A stretch of DNA of 63,969 nt from Rhynchobatus australiae (lineage: Eukaryota): assembly GCA_034780895.1 (NCBI GenBank), contig JAUZTB010000135.1, forward strand, positions 85,977,930 through 86,041,898. The letters run 5' to 3'. Positions 12,706-26,129 of the stretch are shown piece after piece; positions within the stretch are counted from its first letter, which is position 1; each line of letters opens with the position of its first letter. The notes below the pieces were generated by a model, which worked only from the letters and a program-made list of their open reading frames with translations, had not been told where the DNA came from and did not search any database. Position numbers and translations under genes: made by a program.

Positions 12706-13490
12706 AAGCCCAGCACAGGACCAACACTAGCTCTCAGAAGGCATAAAACATTGTGGACCTTTCAGGTGTTACACTGGGCTGAAATTTCTGCGTGTCTGCA
12801 GAACATTGCCAGATGCACAAAAGAAGTTTCTATCAGACAGAAGGGAGCAGGCTGAAGTTCCGGCTTCCTCCCTTTCCCATAAGAATTCAGAATGATGTGG
12901 GCGTCAGGTAAACAACTGGTGGACCTGAATATTTCCCTAAATCCCTGCATAACAAGCCTCCTACTGATAGACCCTGCACATTTCTTTGATTTTGGCCTCA
13001 TTCATTACACAAATCTACAATGTTTTTTACCTTTATGGAACATTTGGAAAAGTGATAAGGATCAACAATCAAAAAGATTTTTATTGAAGTAAAGTCACAG
13101 ATGCTCCTTGACAGCTTCGTGTTTCAATGTAAAGCTACCACTTCCTTTAAGTTTAACTACTAACTGTTGGTGAGACTTAAAGGGAATAAATCCCGAGGTG
13201 ATGGGAATAATAGCAAGGCTTTATTCAATAGCACACCTGGAGCCAAATGTACATAAAAATGTACAAAAATATCATGATATTTAGAAATATTCAAATAGAT
13301 ATTTTGAATGGAAAAATAAATGATTAAAAAGGCTGTTTGAAATATGTTTCACAAATGTCAGATTAAATTCTTGCACAATGACCCTCTCTTGAAAACCAAA
13401 AGTAAACATTTAAGCAATTTTGCCAATAGGGTTGCAGTCAATATTTGCTTTTGTATACTTTTGGGCTTCGATCACTTCCCTGTTTACCAG

Positions 13491-13562
13491 TATGAACATG
13501 AGTTACATGAATGGTTCCTGAGAATACCTCAGAGGACATTAGCCCAAGCTCTGTAGTTTTAG
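13491..13562 (+). other. Candidate exon (non-coding/UTR-like)
   Basis: Acceptor CACTTCCCTGTTTACCAG and consensus donor AG|GTAAGT; no frame is open across the whole exon. Confidence 0.25.
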
Positions 13563-14555
13563 GTAAGTGTGATTCACTCTTTTATCCTCGAACAAAACTG
13601 AACCTATAATGTTGCCCTTTGAAAATAAATAGCTTACAGAGAAATGAATATAATCCGGGAACAATGGGGGGATGACCATAGTTATTGAAAATTAAATATC
13701 TCTGTGGCTTTAATCTAAATCAGCTGCCACAGAATTTTTATTCACCTTTTCAGTACATTTTAAACATGTGCAGAACCCCCCATGCCCTATGCCATCAAGG
13801 AACCACTTAAACACAGAAGGCTAGAAATACTTCCAATGTAATGCAAAGTTTTTATGTGTTATGTGAGGGCATTTAATCTAAAACCCAGTGGCTAACTGTG
13901 ATTAGGTCCTTTGTGTGCAAGTCATGCAGCTTACTAAATTAGTTCCGGGTCCTTGGTGCGTGTGATGTGTGTGAGGCTGCTGGATTTTCACGGTGGCGTC
14001 AAACTGCATGCAGTGCTCAGTTTGACGTACAATATAAAATTCATCTGCATGCCCATGCACTTCATACACTTGAGCCGTGTATCTACACTGCTTAAAGCAA
14101 ACCAGTTTGCCTGGTCTGTGGCTGTTGAGCTTGATCTTCGACAGGGAGGTTCTCTTTAAGAATTTTACTGGTGCTTGCTCCTGCCACCACCCATTGCCAA
14201 TGTATTCCCAAGGTCCTGCCTTCCCCACCAACACTGCAGAACACCTGCCCTTTCAGGTCCTCAACCAAACCCAATCACCAACCCTCCTGCCCCGACCCAT
14301 CATGATTACCCTCCAAATCTCCGACCCAACCCTTTAATTCTCTACTGCCTCCATTCCCCAACCTCTTCTCAACTACTCTGATCCCTCGCCAGGCCTCTCC
14401 CAAATACCACCCATGATCCACAACCTGCGACCTGGCTGACAATTAGTTTGTATGTGCAAGGCATTTCTATTGTGTACGATGTCTCAGGCCTGAAGCTCTA
14501 TAGAACATCTCTGCGGGAGTGGCCACACACATCTTCCCGCTTATCGCTGGTTTAG

Positions 14556-14791
14556 TGTTCCTTTGGAGGCGTGGTGAATTTCTCGGTCACCATGTCCACT
14601 GAGCACATCGAAATTGTCACAAAGAGGTACAATACCTAGGAGCTCTGCTATATCCCAATACGTCACTTTAAAAGGAGGAACCTAATTACATTATTGCTTG
14701 AGTAAAATAAATGAAAAAAAATATGGCTAAATGTGTTCTTTTTATGTTTTGTAGATGCATACATAGTTTACTCCTTCCAACACAGAGGCAT
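14556..14791 (+). other. Two candidate small exons (14556-14626, 14755-14791)
   Basis: AG/GT-bounded and phase compatible; ACCATG at 14592 gives MSTEHIEIVTKR|CIHSLLLPTQRH; no homolog recognised. Confidence 0.2.
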
Positions 14792-17529
14792 GTAAGGGAC
14801 TATGAGTTCATTTGTGAGATCCCATTAAAACCATGAAGCAGTGCAGTTGCTGTCAAGATACCTTTTGAAAGCTAATGTCTCATAAACACTTGGCAGATTT
14901 TGAAACATGTATCAAGCTTGTGTCAGCCTGTGCTTGGTTCTAACAAGAGACTGATTCACTGTAGTTTGATTGTGAATGGAAAGGGAGTGTTGTGTGGTTC
15001 ACCACGGGAAGGGTTTGGCTGCCTCGCCTACAAACACCAGTAGCTATCAGGCATGCACAGGGCTAGGAGCATNNNNNNNNNNNNNNNNNNNNNNNNNNNN
15101 NNNNNNNNNNNNNNNNNNNNNNNNNNNNNNNNNNNNNNNNNNNNNNNNNNNNNNNNNNNNNNNNNNNNNNNNCAGAACACTCTACGCAAAAAGATGCATT
15201 TCACTGTGTACGTGTGACTAATAAAGAAATCTGATCTTATCAAACTATGAGGCAGCAGTACTACCAGCTGCACCACTGTGCCATATCATTGAAAACTCAG
15301 CTAGTTTTCTATGTCCTTCAGGGAGGGACATCGGCTTTACTTACCCTGTCTCATCTACATGTGACCAGCACCAGTTTAAGCGATGGACAATGAATATATT
15401 CTGGTTTTGCCAGCAATGTCTATGGCCCATGAGGGAACCTGAAAAGGCTGGATGATGCAGTGCAGGGGAACTACCTGCTTCCAGTGGTGCCTGGAAATCA
15501 ACTTGATCTATTCAAAGCTGAGGGAAGATGTGAATTCCTTCTCACTGGGCCAAAGCCAAACGCACCAAAGGACCAAAATGCAAAGGTTAACTGGAGACAC
15601 CAAAAACAAGCTGCTGGAGGAACTCAGTGGGTCAGACAGCATGGGAATGAGAGTCACTGCATTCCTTATTTGCATCGGTTTGTCAACAGCCAGGATCATT
15701 TCACAAGGATATTAAGAGATAATTCATCCCACAATATTATGAAGACACCCCACATCAGTTACTTCCACAATAGTATTAAATCCTTCAGTGTTATTTGACA
15801 ATTTTGCCTGTCACCCAGAGTGGGAAAGAGGACATGTCACCAGTCATGCTAATTATTTAAGTTTGAAATATTACTCATTGACACTTGGCTTCCAAAATCA
15901 AAATCGATAATGGGGGTAACAAAGCATGCGGTGGGCTCCCAAATGACAGTCACTGATGGAGTGAGTGCACACAGTACGAATCTCTCCACTAATTTCTATT
16001 CACCAGCTATTTAATCCCTGGACCAATTGCCCCCTCACCAAACTCTTCCTCCATTTTACCTCCTATCCCATATACCGCCCAGGCCTAATCCTCACTTTTC
16101 ACCCAGGTTTTAGGCTGAATCCGAAACAGGACCCCATCCTCACAACTTTTACTAAAGAGATGTTGCCACCCCACCAGCTAACAATATCGAAATGCCCGCA
16201 GGCCAATTCTTTGGTTCCAATCATACCCAGTAATTTTCATGCCCAAAACTGGCCCATTTTCCTTGGTTGAAGTGAATCTGCTTTGTCATGTAGTTACATC
16301 ATTCTTCTGCTATTTTGATTGTACATTGCCTAACTTCCCAATCAAATATCAATTGAATTGTCATTGCAGGATTTTACATTCACAACTTTGTTTCAAAGTG
16401 CCTTGTAATATTAATAATGTCATATGTAAAATTTTCCTGCAACATTCCAGTGCTAGTTTTGCTGATAAATGAAGTCCAATTTCAGAAACTTTCACACTTT
16501 TAAAAATTAAGGCTTTGGACCAAGTGCCAGCACACGAGAGAGCACAACGATTGAAAAATGTAGGAGATAAGAACAATAAATTAAAATGTGGTGCTTAGAT
16601 GTTGCCATGTGGTCACCTTAAGGTGTACGATAAATTGATACACCAGATTTTGGACAAAAACTTGTTTATTTGCCATTGAGTTAGTTTTGCCCTCAAATAG
16701 TATATAAGAATACTTTGTCTTCTGGCCAAATGCTTTCCTTCTGCAAGTAATTTAGATGCCCCTTTGCATACATGGTCCTCCGTGATATTGTGAAGTGAAA
16801 ATGGACAGAATAGACCCAGCTCTTCAGATCTGTGAGATAAGTGTTTTAATGAGCACTTCAGATAAGTGCATCTTAGGTACTTCATCTTTTTAAATGTAAA
16901 CATCTTCAGCAGATTAATTGGACTTAACATTTGCAAGTCCTCCAAGTAGACTGGCNNNNNNNNNNNNNNNNNNNNNNNNNNNNNNNNNNNNNNNNNNNNN
17001 NNNNNNNNNNNNNNNNNNNNNNNNNNNNNNNNNNNNNNNNNNNNNNNNNNNNNNNNNNNNNNNNNNNNNNNNNNNNNNNNNNNNNNNNNNNNNNNNNNNN
17101 NNNNNNNNNNNNNNNNNNNNNNNNNNNNNNNNNNNNNNNNNNNNNNNNNNNNNNNNNNNNNNNNNNNNNNNNNNNNNNNNNNNNNNNNNNNNNNNNNNNN
17201 NNNNNNNNNNNNNNNNNNNNNNNNNNNNNNNNNNNNNNNNNNNNNNNNNNNNNNNNNNNNNNNNNNNNNNNNNNNNNNNNNNNNNNNNNNNNNNNNNNNN
17301 NNNNNNNNNNNNNNNNNNNNNNNNNNNNNNNNNNNNNNNNNNNNNNNNNNNNNNNNNNNNNNNNNNNNNNNNNNNNNNNNNNNNNNNNNNNNNNNNNGGA
17401 TGCTGTAAGAGTTTGTGCCCACAGCTGTCTGTGCGACCTTTTTAATTGCAGTACCATGAGAGGTAATGAGTGGATGGTAGGCACTTGCAGCAGAGAGAGA
17501 GAATTAAAACTAGAACAACCATTGCTATT

Positions 17530-17805
17530 ATGTATCACCTACCAGGCTCTAACCCAACCCTCCTCCCCACCTAGTTCCATTTACTCATCGTCCCCTCCTT
17601 ATCTGGTTCCACCAATCACCTTCCAGCCTGCCTTACACACTGCCATATACTGGCAATCTCTTCTGTACCCTCTCAGTCCTGATGCAGGGACTAGACCTGA
17701 AACATCAGCTTACACCTCTTGCCTCCACAGATGCTGCTTGACCCACTGCGTTCTTCCAGGATTCTGTTTCTGTTCTAGATTCCAGCATCTGCAGCCGTGT
17801 TATCT
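17530..17805 (+). mobile_element. PLE terminal region copy
   Basis: Pyrimidine-rich body, decayed hammerhead core at 17674-17710, CCAGCATCTGCAG end. Confidence 0.7.
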
Positions 17806-18079
17806 TCAACCATTACCAATGTCAGGGTGGCAGCAGTAAGAATTGAGCCTCTTGGGTGGCTTTTGAATCACCTGGGCAATTGTAGAGGGATAAGAGGACA
17901 GCATAAATAGTAAAAGCACAGAAATTGGAGCTACAATTGCATTACATAATATATTGTGATATCTGTATTTCAGACATAAAATTTTATTGATTTAACTACA
18001 CATTGGGAAGAGCTGTTGTGATCATGGGCACAACAAAGCATGAATTTTTGTCAGATATTTATAAAACAAGAGGCAGTAG

Positions 18080-18420
18080 GCAGCACTGTGGGTGCAGCTG
18101 GTAAAGCTGCTGCCTCAAGGCCCAGTGACAGGTTCAATCCAAACCTCTGGTGTGGTCTTTGTGGATTTTGCACGTTCTCCCATTAACAAATGGCTCCGAC
18201 TGTTCCCACGCTCCAAGAACATTTGAGTTGGTAGGTTAATTGACCACTGTAAAATTCCCCTAGTGTGTAGATGAGTGGTAGAATCTGGGGAATGGGGTTG
18301 GGGAGGGAAGTTGATGGAAATGTGGATCAGGGTGGGATTAGCGTAAAACTGGATGTTAAATGTCAGCTTGTATCAGTGGACTGAGAGGCCTGTTTCAGTG
18401 TTGAACCTCTCTATAATTCT
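18080..18420 (+). mobile_element. Older V-domain SINE with CR1-type tail
   Basis: Diverged tRNA head and V core, ending GAGGCCTGTTTC..CTCTCTAT. Confidence 0.7.
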
Positions 18421-18649
18421 AAATGATTTTCTGGTTAGCAGTTTGACTGGTTCAAGTTTCACAGTGGAGTCCAGCAATGAGAGGTATAGAGATTAACTAC
18501 AAGCTTCCAATAGACTGGTATCTGGCCTGGTAAAGTCACTGCCCTGGAATATACTCCCAGAACAAATGCAAAGATATTGTTCGATTTTCAATTCACTTGG
18601 GTCCTGTCACAAGATAAACAAAGGCTCCCAGCATATATCAGACGTCATG

Positions 18650-18980
18650 TGTCAACCTTGGTTTGCTCACATCTGAGTCAGAAGATTGTGAGGCTGAAGC
18701 TCTACTACAAAAACTGCAGGACATAATCCAGGCTGACATGTTAGTGCAGCGCTGAGGAGTGTTGTCATCCTCTTGCCGAGATGTTAACTGAGGTGCTGTC
18801 CACTCTTCAACTTACATCATTAAAATGGTCATCTGGTCATCATCGTTTTGCCATTTGAGTTATCTCCTGAAATAAGGTTGCTGCATTTCCCCACATTATA
18901 AAGCTTTTAAATTTATAAAGCAATTCAATACTGGTAAATCTGTACAGAAAATCATGAAATTGATAAAGTTGCTGTCTTTA
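18650..18980 (+). mobile_element. Ancient Deu-type SINE (SacSINE/AmnSINE-like)
   Basis: CTGAGTCAGAAG..CCAGGCTGACA..GTGCAG..CTGAGG..GAGATGTTAA pattern; recalled similarity. Confidence 0.55.
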
Positions 18981-19304
18981 AAGTTTTCCTTCTTAATTGT
19001 TTGCAATTTGGAATTTAACAATTAGAATTACCTTTCACTGACATCGATTATGAAGGATTATGACTGGGATTCTGCTCAGTGTATTCCATTTCAAATCCTC
19101 GTGGCGGTTGTTTCTGATTACACTGTTGCAATCACAGCTAGCACATAAAGTCAGTAAAATGTATCAGAACATCAGGCTCATATTTACTAAAACAATAAAA
19201 AAGCTAAAGAGAAAATAAAAGCAAACCTTGTATCACTGACGTATTTCACTCACTCTTAAGATGAACTCTGTATGTCTACATCTGTTGACAATGACTGACA
19301 AGAC

Positions 19305-19650
19305 CCAGTAGACAGAACGGACAGTCAGCACCTTTTCCCCAGGTCGGCAATGGCCAATACCAGAGGACGTCAGTTTAAGGTCAGAGGGGGAAAGTTTAGG
19401 GGAGATCTCAGAGTTAGGCTTTTTATATGTACAGAGAGTGGTGGGTGTCTGGAACGCATGGCCAGGGGTGTAGAGGCTGATACAGGAGGGACATTTTAAA
19501 GACTCTTAGGCACATGGAAGTAAGTAAAATGCAGGGTTATGGGCTGTGCAGGAGAGAAGGGTTAGATTGATCAGGGAGTAGATGTTTATAGAGGTTGGTG
19601 CAACATCGTGGGCCAAAGGGCCAGTTCTGTGCTATTCTGTTCTATGTCAC
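19305..19650 (+). mobile_element. CR1 3' end
   Basis: TRG..FKVRGGKFRGD remnant and GGGCC.AAGGGCC..TTCTATG tail. Confidence 0.8.
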
Positions 19651-20386
19651 AGGGCTCCAAACCAGTCAATCTAGCAACATCTCCCACAATCAAAAAGGCA
19701 ATATATCGAAACATAATATTAGTACCTTACACATCCAAAATATGAATGCTTTGGTATTCTATTCAGCACATCACGTAGATGAGACTTTTGGGGCTGACTG
19801 ATTCAGCATTGTTGATGAAATTTTGCTGCAAATGCTCTGGAATGGGGTATTATGGAGAACCCATAGATTCCTGAGCNNNNNNNNNNNNNNNNNNNNNNNN
19901 NNNNNNNNNNNNNNNNNNNNNNNNNNNNNNNNNNNNNNNNNNNNNNNNNNNNNNNNNNNNNNNNNNNNNNNNNNNNGCTGCAAATGCTCTGGAATGGGGT
20001 ATTATGGAGAACCCATAGATTCCTGAGCTCTTCTCTGGACCAGAAAAAGACATTGATATTGGCCTCCACTGGCAGATGTAAATATATTCTGTGAAATTAA
20101 TTTCGTGTGTGTCAATTCATTCCAAGTGTGGGGCTACAAGATGTCTGGTCCAGAGAAGAGCTCAGGAATCTATGGGTTCTCCATAATACCCCATTCCAGA
20201 GCATTTGCAGCAAAATTTCATCAACAATGCTGAATCGGTCAGCCCCAAAAGTCTCATCTACGTGATGTGTTGAATAGAACACCAATGCATTCATATTATG
20301 GATGTATTATGTTTTGATATATTGCCTTTTTGATTGTGTGAGATGTTGCTAGAATGACTGGTCTGAAGCCTGGAACATAGAACAGA
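19636..20386. repeat. Long inverted repeat (arms 19636-20044 and 20144-20386, ~99-bp spacer)
   Basis: Right arm is the reverse complement of the left arm; the left arm is inflated by a 100-N gap with duplicated flanks. Confidence 0.9.
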
Positions 20387-20999
20387 TTAACTTAAATTTA
20401 CATTTAGTTAATATCTTTTCAGGAGAGAACTGTGTGGATAGTGCAGAGTGTTACCCCTACTTTTTTAACTAGGTTTGCAGAGCTCCAACGTATAAATCTT
20501 CCCAAGAGCAGTACAATCCCATTTGTTCTGCCGCATTCATCACTGGTTACCAATTCAGTGAGTGTGGATCAGACATGTAATGAAATAGTTAAATTATAAG
20601 GACGGTTCACATAAACTTAGTTTTTCCTGAAGCTCAGAGGCTGAGGAATGATTGCAAAATTTCTGCCCACCTCTGAAAGGAAAACTGAAATGGACAATTG
20701 CAAACCACTTCTGTTCAGTAATGTCTTTACCTTGAACAAAGCGTACTACAGAACATACAGACTTACATCCACCAGACACAAGAAGCTAAAACAAAGTATA
20801 TATGGTTTATTCAAGGGCTCTACACTGACTGCCCCTGGAACTTTCCATAAACATTGTTGCAACCCAGAGAGCAGTTAATCACATCACCCAATCCTTAAAG
20901 AGGTGACAGCTATAAAGTAACAGTTGTCACAACCCACACTGCTTCCTCTCTTTGTTTTTTAAAATAAAAACAAAACAAATTGATTTTACCACATTTATG

Positions 21000-23560
21000 A
21001 ATTTTACAAAGTTAATCAATTCACTGGCTTTCTGTGGTCTTCAAGGCAGGTCTGATAGATTTTGGCAGATTGTTGACTTATTATCCATCTCAGGACTGTT
21101 GTCTCGTCTTGACTCTCATTAGAAGTAGTAGCTGTTCTTCTGAAGAAACTTTGGGAAGCTCTTTACAAACAACTTTGATCTTGCAGTCATCTTCACTATT
21201 CTCTCAGATACCATGTACTAAGCACGTGGTCTACACTGACTTTTCTGAGTTTCTCGCCATTCTTTACAAGATAATTTTTAGAACAATGTAGCTCCACTAT
21301 TTCGCTGACGCCCCAACTCATCACCTCTAACCTGCCAGGAGATCTGTAACCGTGACGTTATCGCCTTCTTCACCAGTTCCTTGTCATTCACGGTGTTCTC
21401 TACAAGAAGTGGGATGATATTCTCCAGTGATCAACTACTAATCTTTAAGAAGTCTGCATCCCAGAAGTTACCAGATAGATTTTCCCATCTAAGTGAAATA
21501 AATCTGACCTCACTCTCTCCTGGTGATTCTATGGGACTGCATGAGAGTGAAGTGTTGCCTTTGGTTGGTTTCTTTCCCGAGATTTACTTGCCTCACATTT
21601 CTGTACGTGGACCCTGATCTCCCCACTCATCCCTGACAAGTATGTACTTCCTCCTGCTGGGATTAATAACCACCCTTTGACCTCTGAAATTCTGGTTCCT
21701 GAATGTCCAGTTCATCTCTCATATGGATGTAGGCTCCAACAATAAGTTTGTCCTCACCCTGTGTCCCTTTCCATCCTGAGTCAATCACTGTCCTCCTGGT
21801 CTCATTTTGTCTGGCAGCCTCCTCAACCTGTTGCATTAATAGCTGAGAGAAAGGAATATCATTTGCCATCGGCAGCAAGAATGCTTTGACACAACACCAT
21901 CTTGATTATTCAAGCTCAGCATCCTTTGGCATCTCTTGGTGTTGAATCTTTATGTTATATGCCTGCTTCCTCACATGCATTCTCTGCAACTTCTTTGGTA
22001 CTCCATGGAGAGGCTTAACCGTGACGATCTTGAATGGCTTCTGACTGCTGTCAGATGTACAGTTCTCCCGTATCTGTACTGGTGAAACTTCTCCAGTTCA
22101 AAGATCTGCTGAGACCGCACCTGGAATATTGTGTGAAGTTCTGTTTGCAATACTATAAGGAGGATGTGATTAAGCTAGATTGGGTGCAGAATCGTTTCAG
22201 AAGGATGTTGCTGGGACTGGAGGGATTGAGATATATTGGATAGGCTGAGACTATTTTCCCTGGAGGAAAGGAGAGTGCAAGGTATAAAGCCACGAGGAGC
22301 ATAGATAAGATGGATGGTCTCGGTCTTTTTCCCAGGGTAGGGGGTGTCTAAAACAAAAGGGCATAGATTTAAGGTGAGGGGAAAGATGTAAAGCTGAGCT
22401 GAGCGACAGAGTGTATGGATATAATGCAACAGGCTGCCAGAGGAAGTGGTGGAGACAGGTACAATTACATTTAAAAGACACTTGAACAGGTTCATGGATA
22501 GGAATGCTTTGGAGGGATATTGGTCAATTGTAGGTAAATGGGACCAGCTCAGGAAGGCAGCTTGTTTGGCGGGGATAGTTGGGTTGAAGGGCCTGTTTCC
22601 ATGCTGTGTAATGCTATAACTCCATGACTCTATCACAGCAACTGGTCCCTTCGCAATTTGTCCATGATACATCTCCTAGCCCATCAGAACTCTTCTTGTA
22701 TATGTCATCAGCTGACCCTCCCGCGAGACTGTTGAAGCATCTGCCCATGGTAGTAGCTCTTTCTTATCATCAAAGCATCGGAATGTGGACTGTGGTTGAT
22801 TGTGTCCTTAATTATTGGTTTGACTGCTTGATTACAGTGTTCCAGCCAACACTGCTCCATATTCTCTCAATGCAGCTGGCAGAACCACATATCTCACTTA
22901 GTTGGGGCAGGAACTCGCTCAGGTAGTTGACAAACCCCAGAAAGTGTTGTACTCCTGCAACATTCATTGGGCTTGGCTTCTCCTTACTTGCCATGACTTT
23001 GACTTGATTTGTCTTCAGATCGTCTCTGGTGATCCTGTGACCCATTCACCTTTTGCTGGTCCGACTTTGGTTGTTTCTGCCTGCATCGGCTGAGGGTTTC
23101 CAGCCACCATTTGTGGTCTAACTCTGGCACTTCAATTGTTTTTCCTTCTGCAGACACCCGTATGCCACTTGGAATTTGCCCCACTGAGAGCTTCAAGTGC
23201 AGCACTCGGTCATTTCTGAAATTCCTCCGGTGCCATGTTGATTCCAAGTAACATTCTCCAGATGTTGTGCTGGAATAGATTAAGCATGAGCTCTCCTCAT
23301 CGAGCTCTCCATGTCACAACCTTTTCTTTGCACTCTGGATATTTTTAATCTGCTCAGACCTGCCAGAACATTTTCTATTGCTTCATAGAGTGGTGGCTCT
23401 CTTCAGTGGTCCATTAACATACCTCGGATTGAAGCTCATTCCCTCAGTTTGCTACTTGATTTCTGAACACACACCAAGCTGGACATCCAACAACAGATGT
23501 GTCTACTCGGGCTATTATTCCTGCCTTAACCAATTTCTCCAACTCAGTTTTTAGCCCTAT
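21000..23560 (-). mobile_element. Decayed Ty3/Gypsy pol (RT, RNase H linker, integrase)
   Basis: ELEKLVKAGIIA, ELDEESS, GHRIT..PSPMNVAGVQHFLGFVNYLSEFLPQLSEIC, SGW..YIHMRDEL and SGNFWDAD occur in pol order, with stops and frameshifts. Confidence 0.8.
22105..22635 (+). mobile_element. CR1 3' fragment nested in the Gypsy remnant
   Basis: LRPHLEYCVKF..YKEDVIKLDWVQNRFRRMLLGLEGL plus CR1 tail. Confidence 0.85.
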
Positions 23561-23739
23561 TAAGTACGAAAAGAACCTCGCCATTCCCGAATGCATGTGA
23601 AGATCTACTAACAGTTAACAATCAGAACTGCTGTGATGTTAATTGAATGGCAGAGTGGGCTTGAAGGACCTAGTGGCCTACTCCTGCTCCTACTTCATAT
23701 GTATAATACATCATTTCTAAGACACTTTGGTATGTATTG

Positions 23740-23950
23740 GCATTGGTATTGGTATTGGTTTATTATTGTCACTTGTACTCAGGTACAGTGAAAAACTTGT
23801 CTTGCATACCAGTTGTACAGATCGATTCATTACACGGTGCATTGAGGTAGTATGGGGTTAAAACAATAACAGACTACAGAGTGAAGTGTCACAGCTACAG
23901 GGAAGTGCATTGCAGGTAGACGATAAGGTGCAAGGTCATAACAAGGTAAT
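23740..23950 (-). mobile_element. Rex1/Babar-type 3' tail
   Basis: (TATTGG)n-TTTATTATTGTCAC; reverse complement of the 43600-43825 tail. Related copies at ~25605-25745, 54028-54345 and 54975-55175. Confidence 0.8.
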
Positions 23951-26129
23951 TTTAATGCATCTGATACATTCTCCAGAGTCTTGTCTGAGGGCTTTATTGG
24001 ATGTACAAAACTCTTCCATTGTGACCAAAGTATCAATATCCATTAGGCGTGAAAATTGTACCACACATGGTACAATTGATTCTTTACATTGGTCGGCACT
24101 GGTTTATCGATACTTTAGACATTGCAATTATTCTCAGAACCACCAAACTATGAACTAATGTTCTGAAAGTCTTCAGTGACTTAATTAATTTCAGTAATGT
24201 GATTCCTTGCCATCCACCCTCATCACCAGTGTGAGTGAGTTCTCAGTATCTAGCAAATTCCATTGCAAACTATGCAGAAATACACATGAGGCAGATGGAG
24301 GTCAAACAAAATGTGAGTAGTTTGCTCAAAGACTCTTCACTATCTCTGCAAATTTCCATAGAAATGGTTGAAACTCAAAGAACAATTAGTTGCATGACAC
24401 AATCCTTAAAGGAGCGGAAGTCTTAAGGCAACAATTATTATCCACAACCAAAAGAACATTAACTGCAAGGAAATGGAATTTGAAGAGTCATTTCGTTAAG
24501 ACCCTTTGGTTAGCCTTTTGAGAAAAGTGCACTGGATTGAGAATGAAGTTACCTACCACCTGCTGTTAACTAAACAATAGATTGCTAAATACATTGTCAA
24601 GATTATCTATTCAATATTGGTTTTAAAGAAATTGTTACATTAACCACTGATTGTGAACCTTGTTGGGAGATAACTGCCTGGGAACAGAGGCTACACCAGA
24701 AGTGTGGTGTGGGTAGAAGCAATCCTGCTAAAATAGTGCATTATGTGAGTGTTTTCTGTGTTTTTTATCCATGTTATCGGATGTAACTTCTGCCCTTTCG
24801 TTTTAAAGTTAAATGACACTTCAGAGGTTCGATGCTTCAATTTTAAAATTACATCATACCTGTAAAAACTAAATTTAGTATCAATTTGAAAATATGAACT
24901 ATTGAATGGAAGTACTGTTTGTTGAACTGCACAGACTTCCACTGTTATAGCTGTGTGCATAGAGTGCTGTATGTTCCTATGTTCCATGCACAACTCAACC
25001 CAGTAACTGCACTCATAGGAAATTCCGCACAAAGAGAGGAAATACAACTCTTTCTTGGGAGAAATGAGTGTTTAAGCTACTTCAGTCTCTGCACTGATGC
25101 CCAGGAGAGATAAAACATGAGAAAAGACCTCCAGTTCCTCTTCTACATTGTTGTTCTTTGTGGTTTGCCCTCATCCTGAGTTTCTGTTCACAGCCATGAT
25201 GCTGGCTCTGTCAGTGCAACAGATGAGTTTAAAATACAAACAAGTTCACAAATTTTTACAGTAGAAAATGTTATCATGTGTTTGGAAAATGAATATAAAT
25301 ATATAACACTAGCTTAGTTCCCAGAGGATATAAATCTCAGCCCAAAACTATTCATAAAAATAGATTAAAAAAAGAACCACAAGACTTAATCTCAGTTTTA
25401 AAAAAAACAAACAAAATCTATCAAAATTTACTGTTAATAAGTCAAAACAAAACTAGTTTTAAGATCTAATCTATATCATGAAAAAAAATGACATAAATTT
25501 GTAAATTTTTATTTCCCTATGTTATCCTGTCTTTCTCCCATTTGTTTGCATTTTCCTTATAGCCAGGTGTGAGGGACATTCTCTAGATTGTCCGATGTTT
25601 TGTAATTGGTGATTGGTTTATTATTGTCACATGTACTGAGGTATAGCAAAGAACTTGTCTTGCATACGATTCATTCAGATCCATTTATTGCAACAGTGCA
25701 TTGAGGTAGTGCAAGATAAAACAATAACAGAGTGCAGAATAAAGTTTAAAGTCCATCATCTTGGAGTCATAGAGTCATGCAGCATGGAAACAGGCCCTTC
25801 GGCCCTTTGTCCGACTTGGTCACATCTGTTCCATGATGCCGCATTCCATGCCAGCATTTCTAATGTGACCTTCTTTTCCCTCACTGGATGACTCCCTTCA
25901 GCCTAGTGGTTTGAATTCTGTCTGCTATGTTTTCTGCACCGCTACTCTTACCTTTCCCATCCCTCTTAGCGTCAGGATAGGGTTGTGCTTATAGAGTCAT
26001 AGAGTTATGAAGCAAGGAAGTAGGCTCTTNNNNNNNNNNNNNNNNNNNNNNNNNNNNNNNNNNNNNNNNNNNNNNNNNNNNNNNNNNNNNNNNNNNNNNN
26101 NNNNNNNNNNNNNNNNNNNNNNNNNNNNN

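Noticed and set aside
16613-16955. ~113-codon stop-free minus-strand frame
   Set aside because: No recognisable domain or clear splice boundaries; truncated by a gap
20594-20800. 19-nt minus-strand micro-exon (TTAG|...|GTAAGT) and a downstream acceptor
   Set aside because: No frame gives a recognisable product; such sites occur by chance
24628-24745. Plus-strand block IVTLTTDCEPCWEIT...KIVHY ending at GTGAGT
   Set aside because: Weak acceptor, no homolog recognised, no supported partner exons
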